A program made the position numbers and the translations under genes. The notes under the pieces were generated by a model. The model worked only from the letters and a program-made list of their open reading frames with translations, was not told the DNA's origin and ran no database searches. Positions 26,475 through 40,167 of a stretch of DNA of 53,341 nt are shown here, piece by piece (within the stretch, counting starts at the first letter, position 1; the number at the start of each line of letters is the position of its first letter). This DNA comes from Perkinsus olseni (Eukaryota): the NCBI GenBank assembly GCA_013115125.1, contig JABANN010000031.1:62001-115341 (forward strand), read 5' to 3'.

Positions 26475-26776
26475 TCACATATCTTCGTTATTGCCGCAGC
26501 CAATTTTAAACATCTGTTCGCGGAGTCATCGTAGCTCGACTGAAGTGAACGTGAAAATGTACATAATATACATGAGCCGGTCACTCGTAGTCAGGAAAAA
26601 TTCCCTTCAAACGACCGTGATCGTATTTGACTACTCGCTTCCATCTTTATGAGAGGGCGTGTTTTGTACCGGGGCTTCGAGGACCACGGTTTATGGGGGC
26701 AATCGAAGGGGCAGTACCGTACACGACCGAGTATTCTCGACTAGCCTTTTCTACTTAGTTGCTTTTGAGCTCTCCT

Positions 26777-28033
26777 ATGTCCTCCCCCGTCGCCGATCGT
26801 ACTCCCGACCGCGAGCGAAGTTGTGAAGAGAAAGTCGTCACCGAGGCGAGGGTCGACTGGTGGCTCAAGGCTCAGTTCTGCATCATCGGTTGTGTGTCTC
26901 TCCTCGGATGGAACTTCATCCTAGGCGAGCTGGGCACCCTGATTGATGCGTTCGGAGCTTCCTATGGCACCTGGGTGTCGATGTTCTACTCCCTTTTTAT
27001 TAACATAGGGCAGCTGCTTCTCGTCTACGTGGGCAATAGGTTCAAGTTTGGCCCTCGTTTCTACATCGGCTGTGTTGGTATGGGCGTCTCTATGATGGTC
27101 ATTGCTGTCTGCGCCATCACTTTCGGGAGAGTGAATCATGTGGCAGGCTTTGCATGCGGGTGCATCCTTATCGCCGTCTTCGGCTTCTCCAATGCCCTCA
27201 TGGAGTCCTCAATGTTCGGTCTGGCGGCTCTGGTGACTGCCGATTGCACCAAGTGGATTATGATAGGCGAGGGCTTTGCCGGCTTGCTAGCTTGGCCTGT
27301 CAACAAGCTGTGTCAAGTCATCGTCGAGGCCGCTGGGGCTGACGACCCGACCGATATGATGTACATACGAATGGTTGTCTTCTACTTTGTTGGTATGCTT
27401 GGTAATCTGGCAATCATCCCCATGTACAGATATGCTATGGAGCCTCACCCCTACATGATTAGTGTGTTGAAAATCCAGCAGAATCGTGAGAAGTTCCAAC
27501 TGAAGAAAGCCATGAAGCGCCCCGTAGGCCAAGTCATCAAGGACAGTCTCCCGCAAGCCTTCAACGTCTGGTTCAACTTCGTGATCACCTTCACCACTTT
27601 CCCATGGCTCATATACCAGATGACTCCTTCGTCTCTGAGCGTTGGATCTTTCGGCCAGCTGATGACGTACTGCTATCAGGTCTTTGACACGGTCGGAAGG
27701 TTCTCTCCCGACTTGAGGGTGCGGCTCGGTAAAAGGCTCACGCGCTATGTCTGTCTCGGCCGACTTGTTTTCATTCCCTTGATGTTCCTCTGTGTACACG
27801 TTTCCGCTCCTCCATTTGATGATGACTGGTTCCGATTTATCATCATGGCGTTGATCGCTGCCTCCAATGGTTGCGTGGCTACTTGGTGTATGATCCATGG
27901 ACCCTCCCAAGTGGATCAGAAGGAGAAGGAAGAACTGGAGATCGCTGGCTACGTTATGGCCTTCGCTCTCGTTTTCGGAATCTTCACTGGTTCTGTCATC
28001 GCCATCATCATTCAACAGAGTGCCTACATTTAA
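26777..28033 (+). CDS. Equilibrative nucleoside transporter (ENT/SLC29 family), intronless
   Basis: About 11 hydrophobic segments, with motifs GCVSLLGWNF, MIGEGFAG, VWFNFVITFTTFP, VFDTVGRF, RLVFIPL and SNG. Confidence 0.93.
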   Translation: MSSPVADRTPDRERSCEEKVVTEARVDWWLKAQFCIIGCVSLLGWNFILGELGTLIDAFGASYGTWVSMFYSLFINIGQLLLVYVGNRFKFGPRFYIGCVGMGVSMMVIAVCAITFGRVNHVAGFACGCILIAVFGFSNALMESSMFGLAALVTADCTKWIMIGEGFAGLLAWPVNKLCQVIVEAAGADDPTDMMYIRMVVFYFVGMLGNLAIIPMYRYAMEPHPYMISVLKIQQNREKFQLKKAMKRPVGQVIKDSLPQAFNVWFNFVITFTTFPWLIYQMTPSSLSVGSFGQLMTYCYQVFDTVGRFSPDLRVRLGKRLTRYVCLGRLVFIPLMFLCVHVSAPPFDDDWFRFIIMALIAASNGCVATWCMIHGPSQVDQKEKEELEIAGYVMAFALVFGIFTGSVIAIIIQQSAYI

Positions 28034-29038
28034 AGGCACTGCTGCACCACCCTCGCTGTGGGCCGAAGCCGTGTAAAATTTTTTTGTCATTGAACGACAA
28101 GCAGCTCCTGCTTCGAGAGTGAACCGTATTGTTATAGTCGTTACACGGAACGTAATTGTCCACTATAAGTTGATCATCAACTGTTGATGTAAGTTTTTTG
28201 TGTACAGAAGTTATCGTAATTTTTGCTACTCCTCGGTCATAGGAGAGGCTTTCCTTGGGAACTCTATAAGGGGAACTCTGCCTGTGCTGGGCTTGTGCGG
28301 TCGCGGCGTTCAGTGTATGCGGCTCATCTTTGTGAATAGATTCCGATGTTTCAACAACAGCCGATCAGTCTTGTCGTGTTTTCAATACTTTATGGCAAGC
28401 TGATCAGCTTCTCAGTGGGCTAGGGTTTCTCCTCAACTTCAACAGGTTTTGCGAGACTGAACGAGCGGTATGCGAGAGGAGTAGTCAAGGGGAAAGAGAG
28501 GCATGCACGGTGTTAAGCTCAAACTATACTTCCTGTGAACATCGGCATTCATCGGTGGACATCATGAGTACCGTCCCGGGGGCGACCCATGTGGTGTTAA
28601 CGATACGGCTGTCCTAAGCCTAATGACTTATGCAACTCAACAAGAACTCGTACGTTCCCCGAGTAAACTCGAACAATCTTCGCCGTTTACATACAATAGG
28701 ACTAACCAGTATAAATGAACAGTTACGGGCTTAACGAACTTCTCGGAGAGGAAGAGGGAGGAGAATGTTGCTGCTGTTGAACAGGGTGACAACGGAGTTG
28801 CAACCACCACAGGAGTCGCCACTACCACCAATAGCAGCAACGAGGTCGATGATGTCAACAGTAGTGGAAGCAACGACAATCGTGGAAGCGTGAGCGTCAT
28901 TTACTATAAATACATACGGCAGTAGCCATCCCGTATAATTATTTTATATTATGATGAATATCCGAGAACCGCCGCTCGTCGGCTAGTGGCCGGCAAGCCT
29001 GCATGCAGCTTCGTTGCATAGACGTTGTATGTTACGGT

Positions 29039-30207
29039 TCAGAAGCGCCTGTCCCGACTGCGACTCCGTGATCTAGGGCGAGACTCCTGCGCTCCAGAGT
29101 AGTCAGGAAGAGCAGCAGTAGACTCTAGTGAGGAGGCCCCCGTAGACGGACCAGCAGCGGCACCCTCAGGCCCGGCCGAAGCAGCGAAGCTGTGGGGAGT
29201 ACCACACTTCCGGCAAACTTGCCTGGAGGCGAAGTTCATATCGCCACAATTGGGACAATCCCAGTCACCTAAAGTAAGAAGAACACTACTAACAAGCACT
29301 CTTCCCGTTGCTTACCCGGCCTTCTAACTTGTCCACCGCCACCTTTACCCTTGCCGTAGTACCCAGGCCAACCTCCCCATCTACATACCGATCAATCCAA
29401 CTCCCTACTACTACTCATACGATCTGCCATTCCGACTACTACTATACTACGAAAATAGAGTCCATACCACATTTTCTGCAAATCCTAATCCCCGGTATTA
29501 CCCTCCCCAAGCAGGCCACCTGAAACACAATCGAAGATAACCACCACAAGGCTGGCAATCAGCAGCTCCGACTTACATCGGCATCCCTCCTGCAGGGTCT
29601 CCTCCAGAGCTATAAGGATCGTAGGCTGAGGAGCGAACGGAGACTCACACATCACGATGTTGGCGAGAAACTATCTTCCTACCTGGCATGCCGTAGGCAC
29701 TCATCATCTGATATGCTGCAGCAGCTGCCATGTACTCTGCCTCCAGTGTCGCCGGATCCGGTGGCGGCGCCCCCTTAGGCGCGCCACAGCTGCGACAGTA
29801 CTCGTTACGAGCAAACTGGTGGTCACCACAAGTATTGCAGAACCTAGCACAACCGATAGTGGCCTCCCACAAGCATCCTCGTTATTACCAATCTCCCTCG
29901 CGGACCTCCTGCTTGTGCTTGGGCCGACCTACCATAAATTCACCAACTTCCAAAGAGAAGCCAAATCCCTACCCCATCCGGCGCTCATGTTGTACATGGC
30001 ACTCCGATCCCCAGAGCCCCAGCCCAGGCCCCCATCACGAGCCTCGTCGAAGCTGTCCGGTACTCCGCTGTATCCCCCTGCTCCCGCCGGCACCGGTGGT
30101 GGTTGGTGGTGATCCATGGAGCCACCAGCAGGACCCTGGCCGTCGGACGACGACGAGGGAGGCGGAGGTGCATTACCCCAAGAAGAGGACCCCGGGTAGT
30201 TGCTCAT
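29039..30207 (-). CDS. RanBP2-type zinc-finger RNA-binding protein with RS tail
   Basis: REGDW/FCNTCGDHQFARNEYCRSCGAP and RPGDWDCPNCGDMNFASRQVCRKCGTP, ending RPRSRSRSRDRRF. Confidence 0.85.
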
Positions 30208-30353
30208 TACAACGACCTAATACTACTACAAATCAACAGCCCTAACAACCTCGTGTATCCTCTTCATCAACTCACAACCACCGACACTGGAAAATTCACT
30301 GTTTCGAAACTGTGGCGGCTTAGTGGATGATGACTAAGCAAAGTCTTTAATAT

Positions 30354-31585
30354 TTACTCATCAGAGCCGAGCCACTTGTCAAGCAGTCTGTCCTCAGCGT
30401 CCTCCAGAGCGAACCTGAGATCGTCCCACCGGCGCTTGTCGACCACTTCTGCAACCTCGGCTCCTACTTGTGCTGCACAATTTCCAAGTTCTCGCGCTCA
30501 GTCTCAAACGCCTTCTTAACATCTCCTCCGCCGCCCATCGGCATTGGCGGAGGAGGCGGAGCCATCATCCCTCCCATCATCATCATGTCCTCTCCGGACG
30601 TATCAGCGGCCGCTGCCATAGCCGCATCGTCACCAGATGACCTACAGTGGTGGCTCTATCGGTTACAGTCGGTAAAGTAGCATAAAATTCACCTCAGCTG
30701 CTGATAGAGCTGCATGATTCCCTGACTACTCATCGAGACGAAGAAGTAAAGGGAGAGTGAGGAGACATACGAAGTATCCAAGGCCGGTACATCAACCCCT
30801 CGCTGGAGCATAGATTTAACCTGAAGTCCAAAATAACGCAAGACCCCACCCAAAATATATCCGACCTTGAAGGTGAGTGGAAAGGGGGTCTTGGCAACGA
30901 GGAAGCCGCTGAAGAGATGGGATACCCAGTAACCCAGTGTACCGTGAATACCTATTCACCGAGACTGTGGCAGGCACCAGAACGCCGGCAGGATTACCCA
31001 GGAACATGAATTGATTCTTCATCATCCCAGTGGCCATACTCGGGTCTGATTGGGCTTGCATCATGGCGTCCATGGCGTTCTTCTGGGGAGGGACCTAGCA
31101 CACCATCACTAGTCCTCGAGGGGACATCCACCAACAGCAGCAGCAGCACCTGCCACAACAGGCCCTGGTCCTTCTTGAGGTACAGCGCTTTCTTGGCCTG
31201 GAACGCCTTCTCTGTCAGAAAGTGTCCGTTGGCCTTCAATAACTTCGCACGAGTAAACAGCTTTTGTTTCTTCACTTCATCCGGATCCGCCTTGGGCGTC
31301 GCCCGCCCTGAACCACGACTAGTCCACCACCCACCACCGTCGCCCGTCTCCCTCCACCATCGCCACCACGTAAATTGACGACACCTCTCCTTATCATCAT
31401 CAGTAGTGGTAGTTAGCATCACGTACCAAGCCTCCCGTCTTCCACAGCTATACCACACCCGCCCCTTTATTACCCAATATCTGCATCAGATTCATCCGAA
31501 TAATGTTGCTCATGATCACCACCACCACGATGGGGATGAGGACGAAGTCCCGAATCAACGGGTCCAGGAGGATAGGCGTCGTCAT
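30354..31585 (-). CDS. EMC3: ER membrane protein complex subunit 3
   Basis: MTTPILLDPLIRDFVLIPIVVV, RAKLLKANGHFL, DPSMATGMMK, FSGFLVAKTPFPLT, MLQRGVDVPALDTSYV and KAFETERENLEIVQH. Confidence 0.92.
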
Positions 31586-31754
31586 CTTGAAAAAACCTAT
31601 CACCACGACTGGTGGCACCGGGTCGGCCCGTCAACCAGTCAGGGCGAGCGCTATTTACGTTGATTTAGCGCGCGCCCAAAGACCAGGACCCGATTCTACT
31701 AGATTGAACTCAACGTTTCCTTCATGCACATCACAGTCACAGAACAATAGCCCA

Positions 31755-33253
31755 TGAAGCGCGCGGAAGCATCGGTACAGCTGTGGCGGTCGTGTAAGAG
31801 TGAGAGGAAATCCGCTAGAAATCTCGGTATGTGCCTGGTGGGTCGGGTTGGGTACTGGTGTTTAGGAAGGGGCTTACTAATGCCGGGTCGTTGATCTTTC
31901 CCTTTTGTAATGAGGGTGGTTTTCCTATACAGCTTGTCTCCTGACACAACGGCTGAGGTTGTTGGTCAAGTGAGCTGCCCACCCCTCGCTGCCAGCTCCG
32001 CGGTGACTTTCTCCATACTGCCTTCGCCAAGGGGCAGGGACAGCTCGTTATCCACTTTGGGAGTGGAATCTCGTTTGCCTGAAGAGAAGGCTATAAGCTG
32101 CCCTTTCGGTACGGCATCCCCTCAGAGGACCTCCGTATTGATCCACAAAGGTGAGCCCCGGGTCCGGCCCTGGCAGCCATGTCCCTAAAGGATACTAGTA
32201 GGGAGATGACGAGACTAGCCCCCGGTTCGTACTCTGAACTGCCGTCGACAGGCAGGCGGCACTGACATCGCCATCAGCGAGGTCGATAGGGATGTACCTG
32301 CCGTACTGAGCATGACCAGGCCGTTGATGCGGCGTCTCATACCTCTCCCCCGTCAAACAACCGACTTTTAGACCATGCGGCGCCCTGGCTTCATCCTGGA
32401 CCGACACTCCGGCAGGACGATCTGACTCGGAAGGACTGTAGGCGTCTGAATGAACCCACTGGCGGCAGTTGCTTATCGACTCCTATTACTAGCCTTAGAG
32501 ACGCCCGTTCCTTCCGATGGGGAGTAGGCGACTAACAGACAAGCGTTGGCTGAAGCGATCGAGGCGCTGCTCACCTCCAGACGTTGTATCCCATGAACGA
32601 TAGCCGTGCTGATCGACAGGCTTCAACCGCGGAACCACACCGTCTTCGGGTACTTGCCGCCTCTCGTTGTGACTGAGAAAACAATCAACAAATCCTAGCG
32701 GAGCGATGCTGCCCACAGTAGCTCCAGGATGGTCTCGTCGTTGATCAAAGGGGCTTCCACGGCCTTGGTCCCTTCGTTAGGAGGCGCTGGGCGGAAGCTG
32801 TCAGCTTGCTCCGAAGTGAAGAGACGCCATCTCGGATCCAAAAGCAGTGTGCCTGTTCCAGCAGCGTCCCCTCAGTGTGGACTCCCAAACGCTTACCGGA
32901 AGTGTCCCGCTGCTTCACGCGGCCTATCCTCGTGACAACATGCAGGCGATCGTGGACGACACTCGATATCCCACTTTCTGACTGAAAGCAGACCGCGCCC
33001 TAGTCGCGAGAATAGTGTCGGGTGTGCGTCAGCGCCTTGGCCAGTTAGTCAGACTCAAAACCAATGTGCTAGCGACGATCAGCTCTCAGTTGTGCTACTC
33101 AGCCAGCCCGATTGCTCTTCCTACTTTCCTGAGATGCTTATCTCCGATTCCAGGTTGCGGGGCCTCTTCGTTAGCCAGACGCTCCTCATACCAATTATGT
33201 ACCAAAGTAGAGGCAGAGAAGGGGCAAGCCACGCAGGTTGGATTGTCAGCCAT
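31755..33253 (-). CDS. Hypothetical multi-exon protein with TLVHNWYEER motif, possibly a ciliary microtubule inner protein
   Basis: N-terminal NWxEER motif resembles the SPAG8/CFAP68/CFAP107-type signature. Downstream exons are only partly resolved and boundaries are approximate. Confidence 0.4.
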
Positions 33254-33348
33254 AGTCAAATCAGAGAAGGCACTCGAAGGAGATCTTGACGCCATCAGGC
33301 AACTCAACGCCATTCTTTCTACTTCCAACGTGTCCATGCTAAGAAACA

Positions 33349-36243
33349 TTACCCGGGTATCTGCCTGAAACGTTCGTTCAACGTCTGCGCCCTCGGACGC
33401 TTCGCCGCATAGAAGATGAGGCATCCCTTAATCAGCCGCTGAACCTGACCTTCTCACCGTCTATACTATCGGAAGCGGAGGTCCTCACCTCCCCATGGAT
33501 CGACGGGGGTACATAAGGGATTCTCCGCTCAAGAAGCATCATCTTCAAGAGTTCTTTTAATGACTCACAACCCTCGTACGGTTGAGGGCCCCCGAAGACC
33601 TCAATGAGGATGCAACCCAAGGACCAGATGTCCACTCGCTCTGTTATCTGCGGCAGCCGTGAGGCGGCAATTCACACTGGGAAGCACTACCCGTAAGCGT
33701 TCGTCAAAAAGCTCCGGGGCCATGTACCTAGGAGAGCCACCGTTGCTCTTCCGCGTGATGTGAGTAAACTCCATCGGCTCGGTGAGGCCAAAGTCACAGA
33801 GCTTGGCATTCATCTCGCGATCCAACTGCGACCAGAGTGCCCAGGAGCTGCCTTCAGTAAACCCCTCTTACAACCACATTCAGGGTCTTGAGGTCTCTAT
33901 GGACTATCACTGGGTTCTGTGCATGAAGGTACGCCTGAAGCGCGAGCATGCATACTATGACTACTTTCATGCCACAATACTTCTATGCTTGCACCAATTT
34001 TCAGCATACTATACTTGTATGCCTTTCGAAGAAACAGGATACGCTGAGAGATTGTGGAGGGATGTAGTCAAGAGGCATGGCCCTTACCACGGCATCAGTC
34101 AGCTGTATCGCCATCTTGAGCCGCTGTGTCCGGCTGAGTCGAACCTTCCTCACATGAAGCAACTACCTCGAGGATGAACACCCAGCCCTATACCTCAGCT
34201 CAGCCCTACCTGGTGAAGATTGCCCCCGGGCATGTACTCCGTTACAAGGCAGAGATGCGGCAACTCAAGGCAGGCGCCAAGGAACCTCACCTGCCACCGT
34301 GAATCGGCGAGGGAACATAGGCCCTATTCGAGCATACCAATCCCGGGTGATCGAGGTGCCGGAAGCTCTCCACTTCCCTCACGAGGTCCTTCACGACCTG
34401 CTCGCCATGCCGGGCCGATGCCATCCACGAGGCTGCAGCCGTGGGACTCAGGCACCGATCTCAGCGCATACCCCTTACCATCGTAATACAGTCTTTTGAT
34501 GGCGACCTCTCTCCCTTTGTACGAGCCTCGGAAAACTTGGCCAAACTCACCAGCACCCAACTCCTGCTCGAACGCAAGCTCGGTTGGTGCTATCTTTTGG
34601 CTGGACTCGTGTAGAGAAGACTCCAGGTTAACTGCGAAAGGTGTGGTATGAGAGATACGACACAGCCAGAGATCACCAGCTTCCCGCGGAGTGGGTTGCG
34701 TAATACGTGCTTGTCGTCTCACTCGGTCCATGAAGCTCAGCCGTGCCACAGGGGCGGCAACCAGGGAGGTAGCCGACCTCGCGTGGGCCATACTCTGTCT
34801 TCGTGGCTGCAGTACCCCAGGAACAGGGTGTCGTGTCCTCCCCTCATTGCTCGGAACAGGGGGCTGTTGGCGAGGCAGTTGCTCTCTCGAAGGCCGTCCA
34901 TTGCCTCCATATTCATCCCTCCTGCCCAGAGGTAGAGGGCTGGAATAGTGTACCTGAGGAAGAACGGATCACCATGGCCGAGCCTTTGCCAGGCAAGAGG
35001 CAAAGTTTGCCTCTCTCACCGCGTTCGAGCTGACACCTGCTACACTCACTGTACGCCTCATCACTGTCGGTTGTCGAACGGTGAAGACAGGGTACTGAGT
35101 ACGAGAGGTCATACTGCGGTCACCTGTGAGCAGGAGTGCTACCGGTGCTGGAGGGGCCAAGTAGGCTGCAACACGATGATCGGACGGCCTGTCCCTCGAC
35201 AAGGGCGGAGCATGCACCTGACTTCAGCGCTACACTCGTTCAGAATGCCGCAACGTGGAGAATGCAATTCGACGTTATCGTGTTCGAGTTGCCGCGGCTG
35301 AGAGTAAGATTCAGGGGGGGTCTGATGATGCCAACTCTAGCTCCGAAGTCAGTTAGGGATCAATCATTCCCTGTAGTCACTGGCGGGCCTTACAACCATC
35401 CTTTCGTACCGCATAAGTTCGCCTTAATACGACCTCAACAAGCTTGCCAGGATACCACGGCGAGCAGATTTTCAAGTTACGCGCTTCACGCTACCCAAGC
35501 AGGAACTCACTTACTCCCTCGCTCCCCACGGGGGATGGACGAGTAGACGCACTGGACGAGTTCGATCGATAGCCCCCTACATGAGATGTGCTACAGAAGA
35601 TGATGATGACACGGTGAGAGCACCTTTGAGAGGGGCTGTAGACGGGCACCGGTCAAGCCGCATTTCCTGTCGTTCCAGACCTAGACCGCGGTGATCAGGA
35701 AACCACTGAGCAGCAGAGCGGAATGCGACTTATCGTGGGAGGCTGTTGCCCGGTGGAGGGGATTGGCATTATCGCAGGGGATGACTGGCGCAGTGGGGAG
35801 TGGGACGGCGGACTGCGGCAACACCGACTGCTGAAGGACGGGACATCTTGCCCTCACCCTCGATAGGTGAGCATGTGGTGCTCTTGCTGAACAGGCACTT
35901 GGAGAGGACGCACCACCCGAGCTGTCAGAGGAGGCTGACGGTAGTCGTGTACCTGAGAGTAAACCTACTGTGGCCCTTCGCGAGGGCATATTAACCGCCG
36001 TCTGGATTCGGCCCTGCGGAATGGACGCGCGATGTACCCTGAGAAGGGTAGAGCGATCGTATAAAGGAAAGCAGAAGATGCAAGCGCTCACATGTTAGTG
36101 CCGACGACCTGCGTGGCGCCACCGAGGCGTGGAGATGAACAATAGTAGACACCTGGTTGATGGTAGTAGTAGGCCTGGCATGGTGCCGCTAAGCTTGCCG
36201 GTTGTCGCACACTCGAGATTTGATGCTGTTGTAGTGGTAGCAT
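33349..36243 (-). CDS. Tyrosine-kinase-like (TKL) protein kinase with long low-complexity N-terminus
   Basis: ELGAGEFGQVFRGSYKGREVAIK, IVHRDLKTLNV, AKLCDFGL, GSPRYMAPE and DIWSLGCILIE. Stop at 33349-33351. 5' start is uncertain. Confidence 0.85.
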
Positions 36244-36525
36244 TTCACGGAAAAAAACTATAATGCTCCCAAGCCCCCTTCCCCTGCAGACCCAATCCGG
36301 CCTTGAGACAGGAGACATTCATATAGCGATCCTCAGCCTGACTTCAGATGATCGAGCAGGGTATAGTCAAAACCAGGCGTCTGCACGTACCTTAACCGAC
36401 GGCATTCCAAGTGTTCAACAGACTGCCTCTGCTGAGTTCCAAGAACGCTTTCGGGATCGTCTTCACACGTACAGTAGGTTATACTTAGCAGGCTACTGGA
36501 AGGTATCCCTATGCATTTCGTTTCG

Positions 36526-37047
36526 TTACTCGTCCCAGTTGGAGCTAACGGCGAGAAAAACATGATATTCCAAATTTATTGGAGGACTGTAGAATCCACT
36601 CCTGGGAGCGTTCTCGAAATTCACTAGAGGCAGTGTAATTAAGATCCCCAGTGCGTCGGCAGACACCCCGGCAACCTACGCGTGGTATATCAGATAGACG
36701 TGGTAGGCACCCGGTATGAAGCAGATAGCACCTGAACGAGTAGCTACTTCCAAATGAGGTTGGCGTCGCGTCCTACCGAGAGTCGTGAAGGGAATCGCCT
36801 CCAAGGTGCTGATCTGCCAGAAAACCTTCAGGCCAGTGAGAAGAAAGACGACTCCAACGATGAAAAGAAAGAAGGCCTGAGGCCGAGGCCTGATACAACC
36901 TGGTGAACAAGACACACTCACCAATGCAACGCCTTTACGCGGTAGAGCCGGTCGCCGTAGCGGTGGCGGCTCAGCTGGGGAAAATCTCGGCTTGTGCCTG
37001 GGTGGTGGTGCGGTATAGTCCGAGGGCCCGTCGTCATTGTTCGACAT
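36526..37047 (-). CDS. TMEM230/TMEM134-like small two-TM protein
   Basis: AFFLFIVGVVFLLTGL..EAIPFTTL / GAICFIPGAYHVYLIY matches the family FIPGxYH motif. 3' exons are uncertain. Confidence 0.65.
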
Positions 37048-37232
37048 GAGAACGGCTGCTGGCCCGCCCTCATCCGAAGCCGAATTGACAACAAAAGCTC
37101 GAAGGCAGTGAAAGTGACGTATCGGGTGTTAGGAAAAAGACAGATGGTGAACTTATGATTCTATCGTCTTCAACTTTCTCTACGAGCAAGAGTGAAAACA
37201 TTCATACCATCTCGCCGTTCTGTCTTCTCAGT

Positions 37233-38223
37233 TCAATCTTCTGCAACCAAGGCATTCGCTTTTCCTTGTTCCTCTGAAACACGCAAGGCCATCATCCCTC
37301 GGAACCCGCTGGCATCCGCCACCTCACCCTCCACCTGTCGAACTCAGCCTTGCCATTTGGATCCTTCTCATAGTAGTCAAAACCTTTAAACCTGGGGTAT
37401 CGGCGATGGAATTTTATCACCAGCCAGCCCGTCCACCCTTACGATCTTGGCACGGTTTTGCAAATGAGCATCCCGTCGGGAAGCTCGGGGTTTCCATGGA
37501 TCAAGCCAAGTGCCTTCGGCATCTGAACAAAGGAGAGAGTCCGCAGCAGACCACCGTTGGTCTGGCGCTTGCCTCTGCCAGCTTCCGCGGTTCTCTCATG
37601 AGGTAGGGGTCGAGGACGAGCTCGCCCGTTCTGTGGTTCATCCTAAGCACGAGACCAATGATCCACTACGGCAGCACTCACCCTTACGCATAGATAGTGC
37701 GATTGGCCGATGAGTGACAGAAGAGCTGATAGTAGTCCAGGTGAGCTTCGGTAAGGGCCAACACATGCTGTTGATGCGCCTTCGACTGCCGATGTTTCTG
37801 AGGACAATCTCATGGCAAGGGCAAGATCAGCTGCGACGGACTTCGAACTGCTGTCCCGTTGTAAAGATATCGCACTCGTCCATACGTGTGAGGTCTCTGC
37901 AACAGAGCTGGCAAACCAACTCACCATCAGTGACATATTTGAATCTGCGAAGATACACCGAGCAATGTCACAGTCACCGTGTTCGACTACTCACTTTTCT
38001 AGGAGTTTCTCCTCCACCTTCTCCATGTTCTCTTCGTCCGTCGAAGGCAGCATGTCCTGTCTCATCGGAGGCTCGGGTGATGCCACTGGCTGGTGTCCCA
38101 TGGGTTGAGAACGGCCCCAGCACGAGCCGGGGACACCAGCCGGTGCCATCGCCGCTGCCATGTAGGCTGGGCCTCCCGGTGGCACGGCGACCATCGGTGC
38201 TACGAAAAGAAAGACTTCAACAC

Positions 38224-38259
<36 letters not shown>

Positions 38260-40167
38260 AACAACAGAGAGCTACCTGGCCGAGGACCTCCAGGAGGTAA
38301 TGGTACTTTGCTCTTCACCTGCATGAGGTTTCGAGGTATGCCTGGAGCCGGGAACCTAGCGGCTGAAGGCCCCTGATGATGCCCTCCCCTGAAGAAGTGA
38401 TGATGATCATCATCAGCACGGACTAATAGAAAGCCCACCTGGTGAATCCAACGCTATTAACAAGATTCTTCTGATGTCGTTTACTCGTAAGGTGATCGTC
38501 GACATAATCGTCGCTCCAAAGAGTGGTCCCGCAGAGGCCACCTGAGCCCAACGTCATCACGTTCATCCCCCAAGCATGGCCCGTAGTACACTTCCACCAC
38601 TTGTAGCCGTCCATGTCCACAACATCGATGTACGGCGGCCAGCTAGCCTGAGAATGAGAGCAAATGAGGCCCTCGCTGAACTCCGGTTATGTTCCACCTT
38701 CTTAGTGCCGAGATGCCCATCCTTATCGAAGGCGATCTTGGCTTGCTCCGCTCCTCCCCCTTGGCGGTAGCTGAGGTAAGGATAACGTTGCGGTTGCGTG
38801 AAGGTGAGCCGCACTACCGAGGCAGCTTATTTCCGTCGCAAGCCTTCTGATGTTTCTGGCCCTGTAAATGAGCTTCAACGGAGGCTTCGGCGCATATCCT
38901 GAAGCAGCTCAAAATTCCGCTCGAAACAGGACCCGCGCGAAGAGGAGTTCAATGGACCACCCACAAATTTCAGGAGCGCTCCCAGGATTGAAATTAACGT
39001 GCAGAAGACGATCGGGGGAGCGCTTCTCTCAAAACTCAGAACTCCTGAGTCAGGAGAGGCAGGCAATCGAAGCCGCGGAGGACTCCTCACATCGCAGAGT
39101 CGCAGAGCTCGCACCACCAACCGTTCTCGCAAACACACAAGTACCTGAGCCGGATGGCAGTACGATAGGACAGACAGAAAAGACAAGCCTACTGTGGCCA
39201 TCCGTAAGACACGTCGCCTCTCGCGAGAATCTTGCTGCCGTCGCTGGCCACTTCACCCTCCTTCCCTCGAGCAGCGGCAGTGGCGTATAAGTCACCGTCT
39301 CCTGCCGCTGCCGCACTGCCTTCAGAAGTGGACTGAATACCACTCCAATCGTAACTTGTGAGCACCACCAGGGAAGCCCTACCGATTCACCACCCTTAGG
39401 TAACACATCGTCAACATACCACTCAGGAGCGTTCATTCGCTTCGCGTGGTCCTAACATCAACGCAAAGGGTGATGGCAAGGGAGACAGAGCCCATGTTAA
39501 TACCTTTGACCCGATATGAATTTCCAGCATCTCGAAAGTGGCAGATTTCTTCTTACAAAGACGACAGTAGTACCACCCAGCCTCCTCTCCTGAGCCACGT
39601 GGCAGATATCGCTCCGACCAGGGCAACCGAAAGCTACTACCCTCCACGTAATTTTCCTCTCCTTCCTCGCCAGTGTATATCGCGTAATTTTTCTTCATCA
39701 CGCGCTCCTCCTTTGCACTAGCCACAACAACAGCCCTGCGGTTCCGTCGATCCTGCCATTTCTCTGAGAACGACAATAAAATGACCAAGAACGGTGCGCT
39801 ATGCAGCTATGAGATGACTAACCCCAGCCCATATTACGATTCTGCTCCCATTGGTCGCGCTTTTCCTTCTCTATATAAGCCTTAGCGTATTGCTTCTTCC
39901 CTGCCTCGTCCTGAGAACGACCTTCCCCCGCAGACAGCGCTGGATGCCAAGTCACACCTTCTTCTTCTCCAACTCTAAACGTTCCTCCGCTGTGAGGCTG
40001 CCCAAGAATCTGACCAGAACGCCCACCTAGTTCGACGAGGACGTTCGATATGCCTACCCGGGCTCCTGATTCTCCTCTTCGTCGTCACTGGTTGATTCTT
40101 CCCTCGGAGGCTTCCACTTATTCTCGTGGCTCTTACTACGGCTCCTTCGATCGTCCTTCCTTCCCAT
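37233..40167 (-). CDS. Multi-exon protein with several U1/matrin-type C2H2 zinc fingers and an RS-like N-terminus
   Basis: MGRKDDRRSRSKS, WYYCRLCKK..EIHIGSK/DH, DDHLTSKRHQKN and KHRQSKAHQQ. Could be two genes. Confidence 0.6.
38224..38259 (+). repeat. (GAT)12 microsatellite
   Basis: Twelve perfect GAT units. Confidence 0.95.

Noticed and set aside
26861-26869. tggctcaag matches the 3' end of the dinoflagellate/Perkinsus spliced leader
   Set aside because: Only 9 nt, and inside the ENT CDS (WLK codons), so a chance match.
27287-28090. 267-aa antisense ORF
   Set aside because: Shadow frame of the codon-biased ENT gene.
37714-38376. 220-aa plus-strand ORF with poly-Asp
   Set aside because: Antisense to the zinc-finger gene. 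The poly-Asp is just the (GAT)12 microsatellite.
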